From: an uncultured delta proteobacterium
GTDB taxonomy: Bacteria > Desulfobacterota > Syntrophobacteria > Syntrophobacterales > Syntrophobacteraceae
Direction of reading: 5' to 3'
DNA length: 64,000 bases
NCBI GenBank assembly: GCA_963808625.1
Contig: CAWEHK010000033.1
Coordinates: forward strand, 96,001-160,000
Part shown: positions 46,672 through 57,743 of the stretch, piece by piece
Position numbering within the stretch: position 1 is the first letter of the stretch
How the letters are laid out: each line of letters opens with the position of its first letter
Made by a program: the position numbers and the translations under genes
The notes under the pieces: model-generated
Seen by the model: the letters and a program-made list of their open reading frames with translations, nothing else
What the model was told of the DNA's origin: nothing
Databases searched by the model: none

Positions 46672-47802
46672 TCAAGGATTGACGGTAGTGACGTAGACGA
46701 ACTTGCCGCCCTCGACTTTGTTAATCACCATGCTCTTAACCGGATTCCCGCCTTCGCCCATGGTGATGGTGCCGGAAACCCCCTGGAAGTCCTTGGTGGC
46801 GGCAAGGGCTTCACGAATCTTGGCGCCGTCTGTTGAGCCCGCGCGCTTGATGGCGTCGACCAGCAGGAAATAAGCATCAGCGCCAAGAGCATCAAAGGCG
46901 CCCGCTTCTTTCTTGTATTTTTCTTCGTAACGCTTGATGTACTCTTTAGCCCTGTCAGTGGTTGCTGCCTGTTTGTGAAAATGGCCGGTAAAGTACATAT
47001 TCTCAACGGATGCGCCACCCACCTTGATCAGCGTTTCGTCCTGAGCGCCGTCACCGGTCAGGATCGGCAGTTTGATTCCCAGGTCGCGGGCCTGTTTCGC
47101 CATCAGAGCATCTTCCGTGTAATAGTTGGGCGCATAGATGATATCCGGTTTCGCAGCCTGCACTGCGGAAAGCTGTGCGGAAAAATCCTGGTCCCCGGTC
47201 TGAATATAGGTCTTGGACACGATTTTCCCACCGAGTTTCTCGAACTCTTTTTCAAAGTAGTTGGCAAGGCCGACGCAGTAATCCTGAGCCTGGTCAATGA
47301 TCAGGGCCGCAGTCTGTGCCTTGAGCTCATTCCGGGCAAAGCGGGCGGCTACCTCACCCTGGAAGGGATCGATAAAGCAGGCGCGGAACGCATACATCTT
47401 CCCCTGGGTGACGAGAGGATTGGTTGCCGTCGGGCTCACTGAGGGAATCTTGGCCGCCTCGGAGATGGGATTCCCAGCCATGCTGTTGCCGCTGATGGCC
47501 TCTCCCAGGATGCCGACGACCTTTTCTTTTTCCACCAGAAGCGATACCGCATTTGCCGCTTCAATCTTGTCGCTCTTGGTGTCGACCAGGACCACATCGA
47601 TTTTCTTGCCCAGGACCGTGGGCTCCATATCACGGGCAATCTGGATCCCGGACCATTCCATGTCGCCATAGGCTGCCACGCCGCCGGTCATGGGCAGAAA
47701 GGCCCCGATCTTGATCGCATCCTGCGCCATACCGAGACCGGGCATTCCCAACAGAAAAACGCCCAACAACGCCACCACAGCAAGAACACTTGTCTTTCTC
47801 AT
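46672..47802 (-). CDS. livK: BCAA ABC substrate-binding protein
   Basis: Signal peptide, IKIGAFLPMTG, FRACFIDPFQG. Confidence 0.9.
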   Translation of the reverse strand: MRKTSVLAVVALLGVFLLGMPGLGMAQDAIKIGAFLPMTGGVAAYGDMEWSGIQIARDMEPTVLGKKIDVVLVDTKSDKIEAANAVSLLVEKEKVVGILGEAISGNSMAGNPISEAAKIPSVSPTATNPLVTQGKMYAFRACFIDPFQGEVAARFARNELKAQTAALIIDQAQDYCVGLANYFEKEFEKLGGKIVSKTYIQTGDQDFSAQLSAVQAAKPDIIYAPNYYTEDALMAKQARDLGIKLPILTGDGAQDETLIKVGGASVENMYFTGHFHKQAATTDRAKEYIKRYEEKYKKEAGAFDALGADAYFLLVDAIKRAGSTDGAKIREALAATKDFQGVSGTITMGEGGNPVKSMVINKVEGGKFVYVTTVNP

Positions 47803-47934
47803 TTCTCTCTCCTTCGATCTCATTGCCTGTTCATGGGAAGAATACAAAGCTTTGGTTCACTACACTCATACCGATTGCGGATAAGTGTTCTCTACTCCGG
47901 GGGAATTGTGCTGTCAACTGATTAGTGGCTAGCG

Positions 47935-48030
47935 GGTAGTGGTTGATAGTTGATGGTTGATAGTTGATGGTTGATGGTTGGTGGTTGAAAATTGATGACG
48001 AATGGTTGATGGATGATGGTTGGTGGTTGG
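47935..48030. repeat. Heptamer tandem repeat (TTGATGG)
   Basis: ggttgatagttgatggttgatagttgatgg...; same family at 43950-43990 and on the other strand at 46628-46665. Confidence 0.8.
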
Positions 48031-48235
48031 CGACTCGAGGTCCAAAAGTAGGCTCGTATGGAAGAAAATAGACTGATGAAATACTGCCCCGGCTCGACTG
48101 ACTCACTGCGTTGGGGGCTTACGGCGGGCCGTCGAGGATTGTGGCCTGCCGGGCTACTGCTTGTACCGGGTAAGAGGCGGCAGCGGGGCTTCGATGCGGA
48201 TTTCAACCCATTGGCCGACTATAAGGTCGTCAAAA

Positions 48236-49352
48236 TCAGCTGGCTTCAAACCACTTTGCAGTCCGTTGGAAAAGGGTGGTGTCCTTGTTTAGGGTGATGG
48301 AGGCCCGACCGTAAACGGCCGCACTTCCTTTTTCCTCATCCACAACCACTCTGCCGAGCCCCCCTTGACGCTGGGATTGGGCGTCAGCCCTGAAGATTTC
48401 GGCGATCTTGCCAACAATCGTCGCAGTATGTTCCTCGTTCGAGGGGACAATCGGCTCGCCGGCACCCGGCTTCTTTGTACTCTTGAAAACGACCCGGTAC
48501 TTGTCGAAAAGCCGCTGCTCAGCGTCTGCAAAGTTTGCTGGCCTGTTTCGCCTTGCGTACTCGCTTCGTAATCTCTTCCCGTGCCTCTTCGAAAGGCACC
48601 ACCTGCTCGGAAATCCTGTCCTCGAGCTTGAAGATGAGCAGGCCGCCATCAACCCTCAGGATCGAGCTGACCTCATTGATCTTCAAGTTGAACACACGCT
48701 CTTCAATCTCCGGGACCAGCCTCCCACGGGCGAAGTATTCCGGCTCCTCTTTATACCCTCGTTCGGATAATGACTCAGCGACCGCCTGGGGATTCTCTCC
48801 ACTCCGCAGCCTGGCGACCGCTTCGTTGGCCCGGGCTTCCTTCCCTGCTATTTCCTCAGGGGTGGCGTCCGCAGGGAGGTCGACAAAAATCGAGGGAGCC
48901 CGGATCCTTTCCGGGACGATAAACTGGTCTCGGTGATCATCGTAATATTGCTTCATTTCCTGATCCCCCAGAGTGACGTCGGCAAGGATCTTTTCCTTGG
49001 AGTACTCCTCCGCCAGAAGGGCCTTGGTAATGGCTCGAAGTTTCGCTTTGAAACGCTCCGACTTGTGTAAACCAAGGGACCTCGCCTTCTCGAGAAAAGA
49101 CTTCGATCCTGACCAATTCTTTGAGCAGATGCTCTTGGCCGTCATCCGATGCGAACTGTTCCCTGAAGCTGGCGGGGAGGTTCTTTAACTGATTATCGAG
49201 ATCCTCTCGGGTGATGCGGTCGTTTCCAATCGTCGCCAGGACCTCGGCCGTCTCGGCGGTCCCCGCGAGACCCTGCGCACGAGGCAACAACTCATCAAGA
49301 AGATCAGGATACCGGCCGTAAGCATCAGGCAAAAGGAATTCTTTTCAGGCAT
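48236..49352 (-). CDS. PpiC-type peptidyl-prolyl isomerase (frameshifted)
   Basis: VLATIGNDRITRED, YYDDHRDQFIVPERIRA, RGRLVPEIEERVF; boundaries approximate. Confidence 0.65.
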
Positions 49353-49371
49353 AAGGGACCCATATCGGCAA

Positions 49372-50443
49372 TCAGTTCTTGGCGACGGCCTTGTCTTTCA
49401 AATTCTTGACAGAAGTATCAAAATAGGGCGAGAAGATCTCATCGGGCGAATCAAAAAAATACATGCTGTTAACCCCATTGGCATAGTTATTTGCTCCTGA
49501 ATCTCCCGGCACAAACTTGAGAATCCAGGGTCCGCCGCTGAACCCCGGTCTCTGGCTGGTGCCAACACCCGTAGTATCTGGCGATGCGCCGGCATAGACG
49601 GTGGCGTAAGAGGCCTGCGTCTCCACCATCCACTCCCCGTTCCAAGGGGAACCTGCGGGGTAGCCGAAAACATTCCAGTGCTGCTTCCGGGAATAATTCC
49701 AGGCAAAGCCCAGCAAACCAACCGTTTTTGCCAGCGTTTTTCCCCCCTGGTTGGTGACGGTGGCGAAGCCAACGTCCCTGCCCCATTGCCCGTTGTTAAG
49801 CCAGGCGGTAAAGGTGGTCAGCCAGAAGGCGGGCCACGTTCCGTAGGGTTTGTTACCGTTCTTGTAAGCTGGAACGAAAGTCCAGTTCGTCGCCCACTTT
49901 TTCTTTCCGCCGTCGGAAACACAGTGCCCGGCAGTCAGAACGGCTTTGTTGCCGATGGACGATCCGGAGCAGACGTAATTGCTGCCGTTAAGAGAAAAAA
50001 ACACCTTACCTATGGTTCGATAAGGGTAGGTACTGTAGAGACTGCTCAACACATAGAAGGTGGTGTGAGGCGGCGGATAATCGTAGCCATCACTTGCCGA
50101 AGTCACAGAAGCCTCGAAGGCACCGGTGAAGGCCAGTGCATCGAACTCATCGTCAGACATCAACACCGAGTCCAGAGTCCGCAAACTACCCTTATCGGCA
50201 CCGGGAGGGCCAACCGGCTCGTCCTCTGTATCCGGAACCCGAGGTGGGGCTTTCCCCGGAATGCCGTTGTAGGGATAGGGTTTTGCGTTCAGCATCCGCT
50301 CCTGGGTCCAATAGGCGGGGGCCGCCTGCACGTGCCGATTGCGGTACGGTGTAGGTCGCCACGGACTCGGCAGCATGAGTCGTACATACCATCCCAGCGG
50401 CTGTCAAAAAGAGACCAAGTAGAATACAGGTTAATCTCTTCAT
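49372..50443 (-). CDS. Secreted trypsin-like (glutamyl endopeptidase-like) serine protease (frameshifted)
   Basis: YWTQERM, CSGS, LTAGHCV, GFSGGPW. Confidence 0.85.
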
Positions 50444-50722
50444 TCTTTCAACCTCCCTGGCAATTCGCCAAACCAAAGGGTTAGGTTTTCTTTAAAGACT
50501 TGTTCCCCTTTATGCCGCTGTAATTGTCTTACTGTGTTGCGCGGTTTGCAAATCATTTTTATCCTCGCGGTCTGGGGGGTTGGAGTCCATAAGGCGCTTC
50601 TAATAGGGAGCGGAAATCTGCGGTGGGAGCGTTGTGGAGTGGAGATGCCATTGCAGGCCGCGTGTGATTTTGTTATAGGAGGCGGGCGAAACTTTATCAG
50701 ACCGGATAGAAAGAAGGTTGGG

Positions 50723-51715
50723 ATGGCAACGGCTTTGGTTACCGGCGCCACGGGGTTTATTGGGAGCCACGTGGCTGTTAACTTGGTTGCGAAGGGTTGG
50801 CGTGTTCGCGCCTTGAGACGCGCAACTTCGCACCCGCCGGATATCGGAAGGCTGGATGTCGAGTGGTGTTCGGGAGACATTCGCAATTTTGACCAGGTCC
50901 GTTCAGCATTGGCCGGGTGCGATGCTGTTTTCCACGTTGCCGCGGATTACCGTCTCTGGGCGCGGAATCCTGAGGAAATATACGAAACAAATGTCGCCGG
51001 GACGGTAAATGTGCTGCGGGCAGCGCTTCAGCAGCGGGTCGAACGGTTGGTTTACACGAGCAGCGTTGGCGCCCTCGGGTCAAGGCCTGACGGAAAACCG
51101 GCTGATGAAACGACTCCGGTTTGCCTCGAGGACATGGTCGGGCATTACAAGCGCTCCAAATTCCTGGCGGAACGGGAGGCGGAGCGCTTCCTGGAGCAGG
51201 GCTTGCCGGTCATCATGGTTCACCCCAGTACGCCGGTCGGTCCCGGAGACCATAAGCCCACGCCGACCGGTAAAATCATTGTGGATTTTCTGAATGGCCG
51301 CATGCCGGCGTTTTTGGATACGGGCCTCAACTTGATCCACGTAAGCGATGTTGCGGAAGGTCATCTGCTTGCCCTCGAACGAGGCCGCGTTGGCGAAAAG
51401 TACATTCTCGGGAACCGGGACCTGACGCTCGCCGAGATCTTCGCCCTCTTGGAAAGAGTCTCCGGAGTTCCTGCCCCGCGTTTTCGCTTGCCCTATTATC
51501 CGATTTTGGGGCTTGGATATGTTTGTGAAATGCTCTCACGGATCACCGGCAGGGAACCGCTCATTCCCCTGGAAGGGGTGAAGATGGCTCGGAAGTTCAT
51601 GTTTTTTGATGCCACCAAAGCCGTGCGCGAATTGGGACTTCCGCAAACCCCCGTGGAGCTTGCGCTGGCGGAAGCGGTTGGGTGGTTCCGAGAACGTGGG
51701 TATGTGTGTCGGTGA
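50723..51715 (+). CDS. hpnA: Hopanoid-associated sugar epimerase
   Basis: VTGATGFIG, FHVAADYRLW, HYKRSK, KPTPTG; next to hpnH. Confidence 0.88.
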   Translation: MATALVTGATGFIGSHVAVNLVAKGWRVRALRRATSHPPDIGRLDVEWCSGDIRNFDQVRSALAGCDAVFHVAADYRLWARNPEEIYETNVAGTVNVLRAALQQRVERLVYTSSVGALGSRPDGKPADETTPVCLEDMVGHYKRSKFLAEREAERFLEQGLPVIMVHPSTPVGPGDHKPTPTGKIIVDFLNGRMPAFLDTGLNLIHVSDVAEGHLLALERGRVGEKYILGNRDLTLAEIFALLERVSGVPAPRFRLPYYPILGLGYVCEMLSRITGREPLIPLEGVKMARKFMFFDATKAVRELGLPQTPVELALAEAVGWFRERGYVCR

Positions 51716-51731
51716 AGAACAGTTTCTTTTC

Positions 51732-51804
51732 CACCGCAGAGACGCAGAGGACGCAGAGAATTCATTTTAATGGTTTTCTCTGCGCTCTCTGCGTCTCTGC
51801 GGTG
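51732..51804. repeat. Palindromic element of 9-mer units
   Basis: caccgcagagacgcagaggacgcagag ... ctctgcgctctctgcgtctctgcggtg. Confidence 0.8.
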
Positions 51805-51823
51805 GATATGAGAGAGGGATGGC

Positions 51824-52819
51824 ATGCGTTTTCCCGTTAGTCTCTATCTTTCGATGACGCGGTATCTGCTTCAAAAGAAGATGAAGAAGGATGACCGTTT
51901 CCCTCTCGTCCTGATGCTGGAGCCGACTCATCGCTGCAACCTGACTTGTGCGGGCTGCGGGCGCATTCGCGAGTACCGCGACACGCTTCTCGAGGAAATG
52001 ACCCTGGCAGAATGCCTCACCGCGGTTGATGAGGCCGGTGCTCCGGTGGTGACGATAACCGGCGGCGAACCCTTGCTCTACTCACAGGTGACCGAGCTCG
52101 TCGACGCCGTGCTCGCGCGGGGCAAACACATCTATTTTTGCACCAATGGTCTGCTTCTCGAAGAGTCATTGGAGCGCTTCCACCCGGACTCTCGTTTTAC
52201 CTGGAACATCCATTTCGATGGCGCCGAGACCGTGCATGACCATATCATCGGGCGTCCCGGCGGGTTCCGGAAGGCCTTCGCCGGATTGCTGGCAGCCAAG
52301 AGCAAGGGTTTCCGGGTGAGCACCAATACCACTGTTTATCGGGAAACCGATCTTGCCGACCTCGAGGACCTCTTCACGCAACTCTCCGCTGCGGGTGTGG
52401 ACGGCATCCTCGTGGCCCCCGGTTTCAGCTATGAGGACGTGGCCGGTGACGTCTTTTTGGACCGCCGGGAAATCACGCAAAAATTCAAGGAAATACGCCG
52501 GTGGGGCAGGCGTTTTCCGCTGATCAGCAATCCCCTTTACCTCGATTTCGTGGCAGGAGAGCGACCGCTCCACTGCACCCCATGGGGCAACCCCACCCGG
52601 AACCCGCGAGGCTGGAAGTCCCCCTGCTACCTCATCACCGACACCCATTACCCGACCTATCGGGAGCTTATGCAACAAACGGACTGGGACCACTACGTCT
52701 CCGGCAAGGACCCCCGGTGCGCCCAGTGCATGGTGCACTGCGGGTATGAACCGACGGTGGTCCTGCAGATGAGCGGGAAAGATCTGCTGCGGATGGTCAA
52801 GTGGAATCTTTATGTTTGA
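51824..52819 (+). CDS. hpnH: Adenosyl-hopene transferase (radical SAM)
   Basis: FPLVLMLEP..CNLTCAGCG, CTPWGNPTRN..GWKSPCYL, CMVHCGYE. Confidence 0.92.
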   Translation: MRFPVSLYLSMTRYLLQKKMKKDDRFPLVLMLEPTHRCNLTCAGCGRIREYRDTLLEEMTLAECLTAVDEAGAPVVTITGGEPLLYSQVTELVDAVLARGKHIYFCTNGLLLEESLERFHPDSRFTWNIHFDGAETVHDHIIGRPGGFRKAFAGLLAAKSKGFRVSTNTTVYRETDLADLEDLFTQLSAAGVDGILVAPGFSYEDVAGDVFLDRREITQKFKEIRRWGRRFPLISNPLYLDFVAGERPLHCTPWGNPTRNPRGWKSPCYLITDTHYPTYRELMQQTDWDHYVSGKDPRCAQCMVHCGYEPTVVLQMSGKDLLRMVKWNLYV

Positions 52820-53705
52820 TTGCGGCCGCCTGCTTCGGGGAACCATTCTTCTTCGCCCTTATGTTTTCGCGTTCTTAACCATTTACCTGGCCGCCGCTGC
52901 GGCTCATCTCGGATGGCGAAGGACCCTGCTTTTTCTCCCCCTCGGTTACAGCCTGGCCTGGCTTTCCGAATACTCTTCCATCCATTGGGGGTTTCCTTAC
53001 GGAGACTACTTCTATATCCCAAGCACCCTGGATCGGGAGCTATGGGTGTCCGGGGTGCCTTTTATGGACTCCCTGTCCTATGTTTTTTTGGCATACTGCA
53101 GTTATGCCATGGCGCTCTTTATCCTCAGCCCGCTCCTTTTGACCAAAAACCGGGTCGTCATTCTTGAAACCCACCACCTCAGGCGTTCTCGGCAGACGCT
53201 TATCCTGGGGGCTTTTCTTTTTGTGTTGCTCGATATCATTATCGACCCCGTGGCGCTCCGGGGCGATCGCTGGTTCCTGGGCCAGATCTACGGGTACCGG
53301 GAAGCCGGGTTTTACTTCGGCATCCCGATGAGCAACTTTGGCGGCTGGCTGCTGGTGGGGGCGGCGATGATCGCACTGCTCCAGGTCTTGGCTGCCCGGC
53401 GCTCTCTCGAGCCAACAAAGGCCTCGATGCTTGCCGGGATTCCTGGGATCGGGCTGCTGGGTCCCCTGCTCTACGCCGGGGTCCTCGCCTTCAACCTGGC
53501 GGTCACCTTGTGGATCGGGGAATATTTTCTGGGTATTGTAGGATGCCTTATCCTCTTTTTCCCGGGCCTGCTGGTCGCGTTTTTCACTCGGTACAAGCAC
53601 GCGAACCTGAGCCCGTCACAGATCGCCGAGCATGCCAGGGATTTTCCTCTGTCGAAGCTTAACCGCCCTCCCCTTTCCTCCGACAAATGGGGCACGTCGG
53701 TGTAA
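52812..53705 (+). CDS. Carotenoid biosynthesis (CruF/DUF422-like) membrane protein
   Basis: GFPYGDY, GVP, DIIIDPVA, GIPMSNFGGW. Confidence 0.75.
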   Translation: MFDCGRLLRGTILLRPYVFAFLTIYLAAAAAHLGWRRTLLFLPLGYSLAWLSEYSSIHWGFPYGDYFYIPSTLDRELWVSGVPFMDSLSYVFLAYCSYAMALFILSPLLLTKNRVVILETHHLRRSRQTLILGAFLFVLLDIIIDPVALRGDRWFLGQIYGYREAGFYFGIPMSNFGGWLLVGAAMIALLQVLAARRSLEPTKASMLAGIPGIGLLGPLLYAGVLAFNLAVTLWIGEYFLGIVGCLILFFPGLLVAFFTRYKHANLSPSQIAEHARDFPLSKLNRPPLSSDKWGTSV

Positions 53706-53721
53706 GTCTCTGCGCGTTTCC

Positions 53722-53975
53722 GGTGGGCACAAAGAGACGTGCCCACCCTACTCCCTGCCTCAGAGCTTCAAACATTGTAGGGTGGGCACAGCTTTTTATC
53801 GTGCCCACCAACCCCATATCCATCAACCCAGTCTTTTGCCCTGAAGGGGCTCCATAAATTAGCCCAGGGTCAGCAATAGCGCCACCCTGGGGGCTGAGCA
53901 CAACACGAATATCTACCCTGAAGGGGTTACATAAAGCGTACCGACACAACGATATATCCAACCCTTTCAGGGTAA
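53722..53975. repeat. REP-like palindromes (GTAG-type pair plus CCCTGAAGGGG-type)
   Basis: ggtgggcac..gtgcccaccctac and gtagggtgggcac..gtgcccacc; ccctgaagggg twice, plus ccctttcaggg. Confidence 0.7.
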
Positions 53976-53995
53976 GCGAAAATGGGATTCGGATT

Positions 53996-54808
53996 CTAGC
54001 CCAGATGCAGTAATCGGTTATCCTCGATTATGGTGAACAATTCCGCAGAAGAGAGACGAAGGAGACCAGACAGCGTTCTTGCCAGAGCCATTGCCGCCTT
54101 CCTGGAACGTTTCCAGGAAAGGTAATAGCTCCTGAGGAGTCGAGGGTTTTTGAGCACCGATGCTATAACGCGGGGGATTTTCACGCGACCTCGGGCATCG
54201 CTGATCGCTTCCAGATCGAAATCGATCTCATCAAAAAGACCATCGCTGATGGCGCGAAAACAGAGGAAGGGGATGTGGTTCCGGTGACACCATTGGGCCA
54301 CAAAATAACTCTCCATATCCATGATCGCGGCCGTTCCTTCAAAATCTCGGGCCATTTGCCGTTTGCTTCCAGGCTGCTTTACGGTCACTATCCGGGTCTT
54401 TCGAATCCGGTGTGCATCGCAATAACGCGCTAATCCTTCCGAAATATTTAGACTGATCCCTGGTGTGAGTTGGGAGTGAGGTTGTGGGTCATAGGCGGCA
54501 AAGCTCTCCCCTAAACAAACATCGCCCACGGTCAGGTCCTGGGTAAGGCTTCCGGCAAAACCCGCCACGATCACGAGGTCAGGCCGACTCCACCCAACCA
54601 CCCATTCCAGCGCTTGGAGCATCCGTTCATGCCCCATTCCGGTTTCTATCAGGAACAGTTCTCTTGGCCGTTCTTTGGAAGGGGCATGGCGCACGAAGGT
54701 TTTGAAAGGCCCCTGCGGCACAAGCTTCCAGGGGGCTGTGACCCGCTTGAAAACGGCATATTCCTGGGGCAGCGCAAAAAGGAGGGCCATGCGAAGATGC
54801 GCCGTCAT
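53996..54808 (-). CDS. Nucleoside phosphorylase family protein (HpnG-like)
   Basis: ETGMG, AGFAGSL, DMES, RAISD; hopanoid gene context. Confidence 0.75.
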   Translation of the reverse strand: MTAHLRMALLFALPQEYAVFKRVTAPWKLVPQGPFKTFVRHAPSKERPRELFLIETGMGHERMLQALEWVVGWSRPDLVIVAGFAGSLTQDLTVGDVCLGESFAAYDPQPHSQLTPGISLNISEGLARYCDAHRIRKTRIVTVKQPGSKRQMARDFEGTAAIMDMESYFVAQWCHRNHIPFLCFRAISDGLFDEIDFDLEAISDARGRVKIPRVIASVLKNPRLLRSYYLSWKRSRKAAMALARTLSGLLRLSSAELFTIIEDNRLLHLG

Positions 54809-55692
54809 GAGCCCTTTTTCCCGCTGACGATGGGACGAAGCAACTGGGGGAAGTCCGTGAAGATCCCGTTCACCCCCCTGGCGATCAGGGAATGCATCGT
54901 TCTTTCGTCATTTGCGACCCAGACCAGGACCGCGATGCCCCGTTCACGCAGAAGCGGAAGATCCTCTGTGTGGAGAGCAGAAACGCGTGGGTGATAGGAT
55001 GTGGCTTCCTGGTCCAGCGCGAGCCCGACAGGATTGAGAGGGCGGTGCTCGACCAGGACCCCTGTTGGAATGGCGGGATTCAAGGCTTTCACCTGCTTCA
55101 GGTAGCGGTGGTTGAATGATGAGATGAGGATGCGATCGGTCATTTCGAGCCTCGCCACCAGCCCCATGACCTTCGCGACGATCTCGCGGTCGCCGGGGCC
55201 GCCCCGCAGGTCCTTGATTTCAATGTTGACATACCATTCATGAGCCAGGGTAAATTGCAGTGCTTCGTCAAGAGTCGGCGCCCGTTCGCCTCGATAACTC
55301 TGCAAATCCTTCTCGGACACGACCCCGGCGGCAACTTGACCAAAGGGGTCCTCTTTTGCGAACCATGATCCGAAATCCAGGCGCCGGATTTCTTCGAGCG
55401 TGAATTCGCGCACCCGCCACGGCCGGCGCGATGGAAACACGTGTGCCGCATTGGACGTGCGCTTAAGGCTCTCGTCATGAATGACAATCGGCTGGCCGTC
55501 TGCCGTCATCATCACGTCCAATTCCCACAGATCCGCTCCTTCCCTCAGGGCTCTCAGCGCAGCAGACAGGGTATTCTCGGGGGCCAGGGAACGCGCTCCC
55601 CGGTGAGCGATATTTAGCATCCGGCCTTCGGCAATGGTATCGAGTAATGATTTCATGCGCGCATAAAGGGTTGTCGGTCCTGTTCGGCTCAC
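54805..55692 (-). CDS. Glycerophosphodiester phosphodiesterase
   Basis: IAHRGA..APENT, ELDV, IHD, NIEIK, GIFTDFP. Confidence 0.9.
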   Translation of the reverse strand: MSRTGPTTLYARMKSLLDTIAEGRMLNIAHRGARSLAPENTLSAALRALREGADLWELDVMMTADGQPIVIHDESLKRTSNAAHVFPSRRPWRVREFTLEEIRRLDFGSWFAKEDPFGQVAAGVVSEKDLQSYRGERAPTLDEALQFTLAHEWYVNIEIKDLRGGPGDREIVAKVMGLVARLEMTDRILISSFNHRYLKQVKALNPAIPTGVLVEHRPLNPVGLALDQEATSYHPRVSALHTEDLPLLRERGIAVLVWVANDERTMHSLIARGVNGIFTDFPQLLRPIVSGKKGS

Positions 55693-56196
55693 TCCAGCAA
55701 CTGCCGCATCTGTTCGAAGAGGGCGAGCATGTCCTTTCGGTATTGCTCGGGGAGCACCGGGAGGCGCTTCTCCGAGAGGTACACCATCTCAGCATGCCCT
55801 TCCGCCAGTTTCGTCCCCTCGGCGTCGAGGAGAGAACCTCTTGTGGAGCAACCCTTGGGAGCAAAATCGGTTTCGATTTCACCTACAGCCGTTAAGGGTA
55901 CATTCACCCGAACCGGCCGCAAATAGTGTACTCCAATGCTGCGCGTGACGAAGAAAACGCGGCGAAAGGCAAGAACCGTCCAGCCCATGATTTCATCCAG
56001 GATGGTAGAAATCATGCCGCCATGCGCAAGGTTTTCCCATCCCATGTGGTGTTTGCTCAACGTGACATCCGACCGCACCGTTTTTCCCACGCAATAGAAT
56101 GACATATTAAGCCCCAGGGGATTCTCGCTGCCACAGCCAATACAGCGGTTGCCTTTGAGTTTCGGTAGATACTTCCTTTCGGATCTGAGTCATCAT
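55689..56196 (-). CDS. PaaI/hotdog thioesterase (frameshift near the 5' end)
   Basis: CIGCGSENP.GL, AHGGMISTILDEIMG. Confidence 0.85.
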
Positions 56197-56421
56197 AACC
56201 AGGGGTCCCTCCACCTTTCAGGTCAGCTTTTCGATTCTTATAGCTCACCTTGCCGCCGATTGCGATGCTGACATAAATGGTTTATCACGCTTTTCCCAAT
56301 TGATTTGCTCCTCGATGGACAAGAAATGCTCCACGAAAAGCTTGATCAGTAATCTAAATCCTAACAGGATTTCTGAGAATCTCGCCACCCTTTTTAGGGG
56401 TCTCTCTTCTACCCAAATCTT

Positions 56422-56449
56422 GTTTGACATAAAATGCATTATGTAAATA
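56422..56449. promoter_or_regulatory. Symmetric 11-6-11 Xer-type recombination site overlapping a sigma-70-like promoter
   Basis: GTTTGACATAA-AATGCA-TTATGTAAATA; both arms read TTATGT(C/A)AA; TTGACA lies within the left arm; 70 bp upstream of the recombinase ATG. Confidence 0.6.
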
Positions 56450-56519
56450 ATCTGGAGGCGGGTTTTGGAGCGCAAAAATGCTCCTAACTGACTGCCTCCA
56501 AACCGGTTAGAAAGAAAAT

Positions 56520-57465
56520 ATGAAAACCAAAAAACAACTGCTGGTGCCGACAGCAGCACCCGGGACGGCGGCGCCGATCCCCGAAGAGTCCGTGTGGCTG
56601 AAAAATTTTGTGTCGCCACGGACCCGGCAAACCTATCTCAATGCGGTGCGCGAGTTCATCGGCTTTCATCAAATCACTGATCCCGCGGAGTTGCGGACAA
56701 TCAACCAGGCGCATGTTATCAGCTGGCGGGATTTTTTGATCGAATCCGGTGCCACCCCCAAAACTATTCACAACCGCATCTCGGCCGTGTCATCGCTCTT
56801 CAAACATTTGTGCGAGCGCCAGGTGGCGAAAAGAAACCCGACCGTGGGAGTCAAGCGCCCGCATGTCGACAGCAGCCAGGTCAAAACTCCGGTCATCACT
56901 CCCGAGCAGGTAAGAAAAATGCTCGACGTCCCTGCTCCGAAAAAACTTCAAGGGCTGCGCGACCAGGCGGTCCTCCACATTCTTTTTTACACGGGATGTC
57001 GGATCAGCGAAGTGTGTTCGCTCAAGGTCAAAGATTTCTACGAAGATGGCGGCTACTTTGTTTTGGATTTTCTGGTGAAGGGTGGAAAAAGAAATCGCCT
57101 GGCCATTCATCCAGGAGCTGCAGCTGGTTCTCAAAAACTATCTGGAGGCCTCCGGGCACCAACACAAACCGGAGGCACCTTTAATTCTCGCGGCCAAGAA
57201 GAAAACCGGCCGCAAGGAGCTCGCTCCCCTCTCCCGCCAGCAGATGCACAACCTCTTTATGCGCTATGCCCAAAAAGCCGGATTGCCCCAGGGCGTCCGG
57301 CCGCACACGGCCCGGGCAACTTTCATCACCCAAGCGCTGGAAAAGAAGTGTCCCATCGAGGCCGTCCAAAGAAGCGTCGGCCACAGCCGGATCTCCACTA
57401 CCCAGATGTATGACAAGCGGATTCTCAAACACCGGGAGAGCGCCAGCTTTGCGGTAGTTTACTAA
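56520..57465 (+). CDS. Tyrosine recombinase, full length (one extra G near 57115 relative to copy 3)
   Basis: N-terminal binding domain plus catalytic R (TGCRISE), K (VKGGK), HxxR (HTAR), H (VGHS) and Y (TQMYD). Confidence 0.92.
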
Positions 57466-57512
57466 CCGGTTTAAAGATTGGGAGAAGATACTGGTAGGTG
57501 GATTCATTTTTT

Positions 57513-57743
57513 TCAGTTGAGAATCGCAAAGAGCTGGTTTCCTCGTCTGGCCAGTCCGCAACTTTCGCCGAAGAGCGCGTAGTCCTTGAGCACGTCGCCG
57601 GCTACGGTATGGATGAGCTCGGCCAGGTGAAAGTGAGAAACAGGGGTGTAACTGTCAGTCGCCTCGGGAATCTTGATTAGGTCAAGTTCCTGCCGAGATA
57701 CTAACTTGCTGCCGTTCTTCTCGTCGATTGATAGTCCTTGCAT
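57513..57743 (-). pseudogene. Truncated DUF932-like mobile-element protein
   Basis: LVSRQELDLIKIPEATDSYTPVSH..LARRGNQLF; strong SD GGAGG; stops after 76 aa; family assigned from memory. Confidence 0.5.
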
